Source of the DNA: Minisyncoccota bacterium
Lineage (GTDB): Bacteria > Patescibacteriota > Microgenomatia > UBA1400 > UBA12028
Assembly: GCA_016211945.1 (NCBI GenBank)
Contig: JACRHV010000006.1
Coordinates: forward strand, 146,093 to 210,092
Reading direction: 5' to 3'
Length of the DNA: 64,000 bases
The position numbers and the translations under genes were made by a program. Shown here in pieces: positions 57,322 through 64,000 of this stretch (its first letter is position 1; every line of letters begins with the position of its first letter). The notes below the pieces were generated by a model, which did no database searches, was not told where the DNA came from, and was given only the letters and a program-made list of their open reading frames with translations.

Positions 57322-58172
57322 AGCGCGATTGCACACACCAACACAGCAAGTCCAACAAAAGAGGCGGGTTCTATCTTTTCTCCAACAAAAAGACGGATAA
57401 ACACGAGCGAGAGAAATGGAGTGAGGAAAGAGGCATTCGATATTATTGATGTATCACCGTGTTTAAGCGCGAGGAACCAACACACCGTTGCAATGCCACT
57501 AATAAATACACCTCCCCAAAGCAGGCCAAGCAGTTGAGGAAAGTTCACTGTGGGAATGTGTGAAAAGATGAGCGTCGCAACAGTAATATATATGACCGAG
57601 TATCCGCTCATCATAGTCATACTAGAAAATTGTTCATATGGATATTTCTTGCCTAATACAGAAAATAAACCATAACATACTGCGCCAAATAATGCAGACA
57701 ACACTCCGGGAAAACTTTGAAACTTCAAGGTGTCAATCTGTCCTTTTGAAACAACAAGAATAATTGCGATAAATGAAAGCAGTAACGCAAAAAATTTCCT
57801 TACGGTCAGTTTCTCACCAAGTAGTATGACTGCCCAAAGAACGGTCATGATCGGCCACAAATAATTCACAATGTACGCCTCTTGCGCAGGTAACTTGGAA
57901 AGTGCAAAAAGAAATGCAACACCATACAAGAAAAAACCAACAAGACCCATGAATGCAAAAAAGAGATGGTCGCGGAATGAGTATGATTGCATGATATGAG
58001 CTTTTTTCTGTGTCATGGCGATAATAAAAAGGCTGATTGTACTGAACACACCGGAATAGAACTCCACTTGAAAGAAATCGAGGCTTCCCAAAAGAAGTTT
58101 TCCAATGGTTGCGGATGAACCCCAAATAATGATGGTGAGAAAGACAAAAAGATAGGCGAGTTTGGATGAGTT
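57291..58172 (-). CDS. EamA/DMT family transporter
   Basis: Ten TM helices. The start was set at 'MNSSKLAYLF'. Confidence 0.7.
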   Translation of the reverse strand, partial: NSSKLAYLFVFLTIIIWGSSATIGKLLLGSLDFFQVEFYSGVFSTISLFIIAMTQKKAHIMQSYSFRDHLFFAFMGLVGFFLYGVAFLFALSKLPAQEAYIVNYLWPIMTVLWAVILLGEKLTVRKFFALLLSFIAIILVVSKGQIDTLKFQSFPGVLSALFGAVCYGLFSVLGKKYPYEQFSSMTMMSGYSVIYITVATLIFSHIPTVNFPQLLGLLWGGVFISGIATVCWFLALKHGDTSIISNASFLTPFLSLVFIRLFVGEKIEPASFVGLAVLVCAIALQSVERPEKS

Positions 58173-58212
58173 CATGATTCCCACGAGTATATAACCATGA
58201 TAACATTTAGAC

Positions 58213-59910
58213 ATGAAAATAACACAAATTGGAGAGCTCGTATCGGATTTGCACAACGAAACTGATGAAAAAAGATTAATTGAAAGAATTTTCTCACCAG
58301 TATTAGAGAAAGATGAAGGGGGTTTTTGGAGAAAAATTTATACGTACGGTGAAACTAAATTTGTATTCAGAGGCAGAGAAGAATTACCAACTTTCGATTC
58401 GTATAAAGATGGTGAAAAAATGCTTGGTTCCACACCGATTCATATTAATGAGGATGAATATGGTTCATATTTAGAACAATCTAAAAATAATAGTCATCCT
58501 TTTGTCATTACAACTATGGATATACAGGGAGTTATAGAAATTGCTGATAATCTTGGTGTCAAACAAATGAATCAACCCTTACGCGATATAAAAGTTGGGG
58601 GGTATACACAAGAGATAACAGATTTAATAGACAAAATTATTGCTTGTAGGATAAAAATAAATAAAGAAGGTAGTGATGGTGAGGCTATTGTTTTAGCCTC
58701 GATGCTTGGGGATGATGAGGCGATGCAATTTGTTCAGCTTGCGATGAAAGAAATGGAGGATTCTGATAAGGTAATCTTGCAGGAAAAAAGAGATTCTCTT
58801 CGTGAACAATGGGAATATCAAAAAAGATTTGAGAAAGCAGATGTCAAAGATCTGATTGTTGTTCATGCCACTCGTTATCTTCCACAATATTCCAAAGAAA
58901 TCCATGGATTTGAGGTATTGCCTACTGGAGAATCAACTTCTTGGAAATATTTGCGAAATACAGTGCATACAACCTTAAATCATAAAGTTAAAGGACATTA
59001 TGGGGGACATTGGGATAATACTCCACACGTAATAATAAGCCCCTTTACAGAAGTTAGGGATGCAAATGGTAATCCATTTGGCTTAGATATGCTAGATACT
59101 TGGTGGGTATTGGGACCTGGAGAAAGACTAAAATTTCCTAAAGCAAAGCTTGTAACTCCGGGAGATGTTTTGGATGGTGAGCTGATCGAATTTGGAGAAG
59201 ACAATACTTATTTTAAGTCTAAAGACTACACTATCAGGGATGTGTTTCGTATTGATAGCGGACATCCAATATTGTGGAAACACATGAGAGGCGTTTTAAA
59301 TGAACATTTGTCTAAATTAACAAATACATACAAAGTTGATCAATTTTGGGAGGAAATCAAAACAAAATATTTTCCGGATATGCCAGATATGTCAACTGAT
59401 TATCTAAAAGAAAACAGCGGTATTGATCCTGAAAGTATTCAAAAACGATTTATTCATGGCGACATAAATGAATCTCTTAATAAGAGAATTGGTCAGATAT
59501 TGATGGAATTAGGATTGAATAGTTTTGATATTGAACTAGAACAAATCGCAAATGAGATATCTATAGATATTGAAAAGCGTTTATTTGGTGAACTAAATGA
59601 AATGGCTGTAAATCAAACTATTCAAAAAATGAAATTTCCATTAAGAAATGATTTAGTGGGTAGTACTGCGCCTTTGGGAGAGGAATTAGATTCGTATATT
59701 ACTCCAACAAGCCATAATTATTCAATTTATAATTTCCTTGAACATGGCCATGCCCATGATGTTCAGTCTGCCGTTGATGAATCCTCAGGTAAATTTATTT
59801 GGACGAAATATTCTTCAGAACAAAACATGTTAAGAGCCAAAGGACTTGATCCAAAAACCAGAAGAGTTTTGTACGTTTCTGGTATGTTCAATTCTAGATT
59901 TGAAAGATAA
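58213..59910 (+). CDS. Hypothetical protein (565 aa), AT-rich, no TM
   Basis: Long intact ORF with noticeably lower GC than its neighbours. No recognisable catalytic motif. Confidence 0.5.
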   Translation: MKITQIGELVSDLHNETDEKRLIERIFSPVLEKDEGGFWRKIYTYGETKFVFRGREELPTFDSYKDGEKMLGSTPIHINEDEYGSYLEQSKNNSHPFVITTMDIQGVIEIADNLGVKQMNQPLRDIKVGGYTQEITDLIDKIIACRIKINKEGSDGEAIVLASMLGDDEAMQFVQLAMKEMEDSDKVILQEKRDSLREQWEYQKRFEKADVKDLIVVHATRYLPQYSKEIHGFEVLPTGESTSWKYLRNTVHTTLNHKVKGHYGGHWDNTPHVIISPFTEVRDANGNPFGLDMLDTWWVLGPGERLKFPKAKLVTPGDVLDGELIEFGEDNTYFKSKDYTIRDVFRIDSGHPILWKHMRGVLNEHLSKLTNTYKVDQFWEEIKTKYFPDMPDMSTDYLKENSGIDPESIQKRFIHGDINESLNKRIGQILMELGLNSFDIELEQIANEISIDIEKRLFGELNEMAVNQTIQKMKFPLRNDLVGSTAPLGEELDSYITPTSHNYSIYNFLEHGHAHDVQSAVDESSGKFIWTKYSSEQNMLRAKGLDPKTRRVLYVSGMFNSRFER

Positions 59911-59913
59911 TTC

Positions 59914-60609
59914 CTATTCTTCTTCTTTTTCTGTATCTTTTGCGCTGTAGTACGAAATATACGCGCGAATTTTGAATGCCGTATAAATCGCCATAGCAAG
60001 GGCGAAACCATAAAGATACGCATACAAATCTTCGATTTGACCTGTTTGTTTTCTATCTGCATAGTAGACACCTACTGTTAATTGAGCCAATTCGTCCAGG
60101 AGCCACATCGATGTATTTATGGCGCCAAGAAACGATACTGCTGTAAATTCAACACCTTCTATGGCAAAAGTAAGCCCAACTTCAAGCTTCTCAAGTAACA
60201 CGATTGTTTCTTTATTTTCTTGAGTCTTTTTCAATGCAATAAATTTTTCATGAATTCGTTCAATCATTACCCCCTTTAGAAGGTTCGTCATAGCAGCAAA
60301 GCCCAATGTTCCAGTGAAAACTACGGCAAAATCTGATCCACTATATACAAGGAGGTAAAATGACCGCTCGTGTTGGATGAGTGAATGAAAAAGTTCAGTT
60401 AATTGTGGAAAAAGAGATCCACCAATAACCATACGCGAAAGTTCTGCACTAATGGTTGCAGCAATACCAATACTGCTTGCTCCTAAAAATACAGCAGATT
60501 GAGCATAAAGTTTATCTTCAGTAGTTTTTGGTGACAGAAGACTATTAAGGAATGTGTTGATATCCTGTGTGTGTGTGACTACTATTTGTGGTTCAGTATT
60601 GGTTGTCAT
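59914..60609 (-). CDS. Hypothetical membrane protein
   Basis: Several hydrophobic helices. The start was set at 'MTTNTEP', because the tracked ORF start lies inside the tRNA-Ser gene. Confidence 0.4.
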   Translation of the reverse strand: MTTNTEPQIVVTHTQDINTFLNSLLSPKTTEDKLYAQSAVFLGASSIGIAATISAELSRMVIGGSLFPQLTELFHSLIQHERSFYLLVYSGSDFAVVFTGTLGFAAMTNLLKGVMIERIHEKFIALKKTQENKETIVLLEKLEVGLTFAIEGVEFTAVSFLGAINTSMWLLDELAQLTVGVYYADRKQTGQIEDLYAYLYGFALAMAIYTAFKIRAYISYYSAKDTEKEEE

Positions 60610-60617
60610 ATTTTCTG

Positions 60618-60704
60618 CGGAGAGGGTGGGATTTGAACCCACGGTATGCTTGCGCACACAGAGCTTTTCGAGAGCTCCGCACTAGACCACTATGCGACCT
60701 CTCC
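60618..60704 (-). tRNA. tRNA-Ser (anticodon CGA), type II
   Basis: Reverse complement GGAGAGG...CCTCTCC-G, anticodon loop CTCGAAA, a long variable arm, T-arm GTGGG-TTCAAAT-CCCAC. Confidence 0.8.
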
Positions 60705-60815
60705 CTTTCTTATGCAAGGTGGTCTGCGAATGCATCACCTTGCGTGAGCGAAACAATCTCATGCAAGCAAAAATGATGTCTTTTTGCGAAGCATGATGAT
60801 TGATGAGCGAACCTG

Positions 60816-60887
60816 TGCCTCCATGTGGAATCGAACCACAACCCCAAGCTCCGCAAGCTCGTATTCTATCCATTGAACTATGGAGGC
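60816..60887 (-). tRNA. tRNA-Arg (anticodon GCG)
   Basis: Reverse complement GCCTCCA...TGGAGGC-A, anticodon loop TTGCGGA. Same 72-nt architecture as the tRNA-Arg(CCG) gene. Confidence 0.7.
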
Positions 60888-60921
60888 GTATCTGCTTTTC
60901 TATCCAGACGATTGTACCAGA

Positions 60922-61491
60922 CTATCCATTTTTTTCGAGGGGAAATTTTTCTTGTAGCCAAGCCGCAGCTTTCTCAACAGAGGTAGGGGGCGGGGTGTCG
61001 TGGATCAAGAAATTGACTAGTAAATTCTCCATATCGTCCTTCTTTACCTCGCCCAACAGCATGAGGAGGCGCGGGGGGAGGCCGTTGTGGTGCTCCACAT
61101 GGAGGAGGGACTGCTGAAGCGTTGTGTTGAACCAAAACCGGCCGAGTTCGTGCCACTGATAGAGTTTTCCGCCGGTGTGAATGCCGTAGGTGGTGATTTG
61201 ATGGTGGGCGGACTCCGGCGGAACTGCCGCGAGCGCGTAGCTCACAAACGCGAACGAGACCACCACCGCGATGGGAAGAAACTGGCCCGCAAAGAACAGA
61301 ATAATGCTTAAGAGAAACACGATGACCGCAATCGTGGTGTAGTACTCGCGGTCGCGTTTCTTGAAGGCCCGCTCCGGCGCGCTCCACTCCAACAGAAGCT
61401 CTTCTTTGGCCGGCTGCTGCGGTGGCACAAACTGCTGGTGATCGATGCCGGCATCTTGGGAAGCGCTGGCAGGCTCTTGGTGTTCTTCCAT
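60922..61491 (-). CDS. GC-rich hypothetical membrane protein (two TM helices plus a C-terminal soluble domain; YdbS/bPH-like architecture)
   Basis: Intact ORF whose GC content is clearly higher than the rest of the window. Disordered N-terminus, then two adjacent TM helices, then a ~110-aa domain. Confidence 0.5.
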   Translation of the reverse strand: MEEHQEPASASQDAGIDHQQFVPPQQPAKEELLLEWSAPERAFKKRDREYYTTIAVIVFLLSIILFFAGQFLPIAVVVSFAFVSYALAAVPPESAHHQITTYGIHTGGKLYQWHELGRFWFNTTLQQSLLHVEHHNGLPPRLLMLLGEVKKDDMENLLVNFLIHDTPPPTSVEKAAAWLQEKFPLEKNG

Positions 61492-61846
61492 GATGAAGAC
61501 ATCATAGCGAAGTGGGAGGGGGATGGCAAGGAAAAAGAGTGGGGTTTAAGATTTTTGAACAGTCACCTTAATTTTTTCTTTTCTGTGAGTGACACATAGT
61601 TCTGTGGCGTTGATACTTTTTTCCCACTCTTCATCTCCAAATCTTTCAGCAGTAAGAATCGCGTACTCGCGGTTTGTGCCCACATTGCGCTTTTTCCATT
61701 CATCCATTAAATATGGTCTTTCTTACTTTTTTCCTTGGAAAATGGCAGTTTTAGTGGTGATGTTCGTTTATATATTCATAGACGTTCTGTTTTTATGTCC
61801 TTGTATTTTACCATCGTTTCGTCATGTGAGATACACATTTTCGCTT

Positions 61847-63703
61847 CTACACTTGATCCATCAGCGCTTGAATACTCTGCGCGTATTCTCCATGAACCTG
61901 AACAGTGTGTTTCATATTTTCTATCATCATGAAGAAATGTTCTGGATGGATACAAGAAAATTGATGCATATGTTCCTCCGCAGTATCCAGCGCCCTCATG
62001 ATCCGTTTGTGCATAACGTAAAACGTTGTTGTCCAGAATATTTCTGTATACACTTCCTGTGTTTGAGTGTGCGCATGAAGGAGAATATGTCGAACAACCT
62101 CCGTATATTTTTTTGCACGGAGATCCTCTTCCCAATCGTGCATATCGTCTTGCAGTTGTCTCGCTTTGAGGTAATGCCAAAAAAATGATCGAACATGCCG
62201 CTGTTCTTTTTCTGTCTGTGCAACATTGAAATATCGCAAAACGGCAAAGCATCCGAGTGAAGCACTGAATGATCGTTGCACCGATGTTTGAATGTCAATA
62301 GTCCGTGCGTTTTGTGCAATGATATGTGCGTTTTCACAGTGTTGTATCATATCCTCCATCATTCGTAAAAAGGAAGGATCACTTGAAAAATACTGCGCAT
62401 AAAAAGACTGCGATTGGCGAAGAAACCAAATAATGTCATGGAACGTATCAAGTCGTGTATTTTCTTGATCAATAAGGTCATCAAGTAATGTGTACGCAAT
62501 CCATCCAAAGAGTTGTGCACAACCAAACGCGGAGAGTACTGTAAGCGCATGCGAATCAATATCCGTTTGTACGGTTGAAACATACAGTGTTGTAGGAAGC
62601 ATACATATTTCTTGGATAGGGATACGTTTCCACATCATCGAGATATCGTTTTCTAGTCGGATTCGGAGGTGTTTGGGAACTGTTTTGAGTATGGAGTGTA
62701 TGCGAAGTTTAATCGTGGAAATGATAATAGTATGTTGTGTTTGAGCTTTTTCAAAAAGAGATTGGTATAAAGATAACGCCTCCAAACAAAAAAGATCTGT
62801 TAGTAACGGCGATCCTGCGTAGGTAGTTTGAGATGATCGTTTTGTATTGAGGCAGACAATTCCACGACATTCTCTCTGTGCTTGTGTGCATAAGATTCGT
62901 ACATACGGCAACAAAGATTCATAATCTTTCCCTAATCTCATGAGAATAGTAAGGGAAAGCGCAAGACGATGTTTATCTCCCGGTGTGCGAAGGCTGTGTT
63001 CTATTTCAACAATAACGGTTGTAACAGCTTGAAAAACGCGCGGCAATTTTTGTACGGTATTTGGTAGAAGAGCATACATGCGCGCAAAGAAATAGTATGC
63101 AGAAAGAGGTGGGTAAAATTCCGAGTGAGTTTTTTGTGTTATCGACTGTATAACATACTCTAAACATGACTCCAATGTTATGTTCCAATATGAAAGAAGG
63201 TACAAAACGTTACACTGCACGACAAAATCAACAGTATTCCAAACAGGATTGTTATTGCCCACAATCCATGTTTTGTATGGACCTCCAGGTTTTTCTTCTA
63301 GTGCAAAAAGAAGTTGAAGTAAGCGAGCAAGGAGGTTTGAAGGTTTTTGTATATGCGAATAAAGAAATAGTGCATGCCATGCACAAGCCGTATCATCAAT
63401 GTCATCAGGATATTCATGCGTAGGCGATGTACTATTCCACCAATTGTATGTCTCCGTTGTTTCATTTCTTTGTTGATAAAGCCAAGAAGATAAACGATCA
63501 CAAAGTGAAAAAAGACGACTATCATGTTGCATTGTACTGAGCGGACTAAGGATTTCTAATGCGATTGTTAATGGAAAAATGACGGGAAGATGACTGATTG
63601 GAATATTTTTTGAGGAAAGACTTTCACACTCGCAAAATTTTTCTATCGGTGTATTGAGAATCAAGTTGAGTAGAGCGCTGATTGTTTTTTTGACGTAGAA
63701 CAT
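61847..63703 (-). CDS. Putative terpene-cyclase-like protein: class-II 'DxDDTA' motif N-terminally and a 'DDxxD' motif C-terminally
   Basis: 'HEYPDDIDDTACAWHAL' closely resembles the squalene-hopene / class II diterpene cyclase catalytic motif YPDVDDTAVV. About 270 aa later, 'TLLDDLIDQ' and 'QDDMHDWEED' are Asp-rich class-I-like motifs. The start is uncertain: the first Met overlaps the upstream HK gene by 80 nt, and the next Met is at about 63532. Confidence 0.5.
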   Translation of the reverse strand: MFYVKKTISALLNLILNTPIEKFCECESLSSKNIPISHLPVIFPLTIALEILSPLSTMQHDSRLFSLCDRLSSWLYQQRNETTETYNWWNSTSPTHEYPDDIDDTACAWHALFLYSHIQKPSNLLARLLQLLFALEEKPGGPYKTWIVGNNNPVWNTVDFVVQCNVLYLLSYWNITLESCLEYVIQSITQKTHSEFYPPLSAYYFFARMYALLPNTVQKLPRVFQAVTTVIVEIEHSLRTPGDKHRLALSLTILMRLGKDYESLLPYVRILCTQAQRECRGIVCLNTKRSSQTTYAGSPLLTDLFCLEALSLYQSLFEKAQTQHTIIISTIKLRIHSILKTVPKHLRIRLENDISMMWKRIPIQEICMLPTTLYVSTVQTDIDSHALTVLSAFGCAQLFGWIAYTLLDDLIDQENTRLDTFHDIIWFLRQSQSFYAQYFSSDPSFLRMMEDMIQHCENAHIIAQNARTIDIQTSVQRSFSASLGCFAVLRYFNVAQTEKEQRHVRSFFWHYLKARQLQDDMHDWEEDLRAKKYTEVVRHILLHAHTQTQEVYTEIFWTTTFYVMHKRIMRALDTAEEHMHQFSCIHPEHFFMMIENMKHTVQVHGEYAQSIQALMDQV

Positions 63704-64000
63704 AATGTGTTTGAGGGATCGATAGAATAAATCGTGTCCCCTTTTGTGGTTTTGTTATAAAATGTATCGATCCATGGAATGATTGTTCGATACTTTCTTT
63801 TACCGTAGTAAGTCCAATCCCAGTTCCAATTGATGCCTTTTTTGTTGTGAAAAAAGGTTGAAAAATATTCTTTTTATTTTTAATAGAAATGCCATTAGCA
63901 AAGTCTTGTATTTCAATATGCAATTTTTTTGCAAAAATTTTTGCGAAAATACGGACAATCTTTTCCGCCATTGGTTTGTTTGGCACATCGTCATATGCTT
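63624..64000 (-). CDS. Sensor histidine kinase, C-terminal HATPase_c fragment (the gene continues beyond the window)
   Basis: G1/G2 boxes 'FQPFFTTK' and 'GTGIGLTTVKESIE'. The ORF is open at the window edge. Confidence 0.7.
   Translation of the reverse strand, partial: AYDDVPNKPMAEKIVRIFAKIFAKKLHIEIQDFANGISIKNKKNIFQPFFTTKKASIGTGIGLTTVKESIEQSFHGSIHFITKPQKGTRFILSIPQTHYVLRQKNNQRSTQLDSQYTDRKILRV

Noticed and set aside
61589-62252. 199-aa plus-strand and 158-aa minus-strand ORFs overlapping the C-terminal part of the 618-aa gene
   Set aside because: The 618-aa frame is far longer and carries the recognisable motifs. The competing ORFs are hydrophobic or His-rich nonsense typical of alternative frames.
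1-64000. CRISPR arrays, rRNA genes, tmRNA/RNase P/SRP RNA
   Set aside because: I looked for regularly spaced direct repeats and for conserved rRNA and small-RNA signatures in the intergenic regions and found none. The only periodic repeat is the 3 x ~10-bp operator-like element upstream of fic, which is far too short for a CRISPR array.

Overview
This 64 kb window reads as a reduced, moderately AT-rich bacterial chromosome segment. Its gene content (trimmed housekeeping proteins, a sortase, many small orphan ORFs, scattered single tRNA genes) points to a Patescibacteria/CPR-like genome; that placement is inference, not a database result. Most of the window is core housekeeping on both strands: the trpS 3' end, ftsH, a stand-alone 5'-3' exonuclease, the hrcA-grpE-dnaK-dnaJ operon preceded by a CIRCE-like operator, radC, nadD-nadE, nusA-infB, rpsO, pnp, a Lon-type AAA+ module, UDG family 4, RNase J, ftsK, a rodZ-like gene, alaS, ruvX and a sortase. 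I count six tRNA genes: four type-II Ser-like (anticodons GGA, GCU, CGA and an atypical ACU) and two Arg (CCG, GCG). I found no rRNA and no CRISPR array. Accessory or unusual content sits in five places. (1) About 19.0-25.4 kb holds the atypical tRNA with an encoded CCA, an IS200-type TnpA, an orphan ORF, and a two-gene operon of a Fic/Doc-family protein followed by a large fusion of an AEP-type primase-polymerase domain with a DExH SF2 helicase. A periodic operator-like repeat sits immediately upstream of fic, and a YdeI-like protein, two GNATs, a blasticidin-S-deaminase-like gene and a SET-domain gene follow. (2) Two orphan genes are inserted between rpsO and pnp. (3) A higBA-like toxin-antitoxin pair sits between rnj and ftsK. 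(4) A large FtsA/PilM-like actin-fold protein fused to a TM and extracytoplasmic region lies next to the sortase. (5) The 58-64 kb end holds an AT-rich 565-aa orphan, tandem tRNAs, a GC-rich ORF, and a 618-aa protein carrying a class-II terpene-cyclase DxDDTA motif plus a DDxxD motif. The Fic + PrimPol-helicase operon is my best candidate for an undescribed mobile-element or defence module. All functional calls rest on motif recognition by eye and need HMM/BLAST confirmation.
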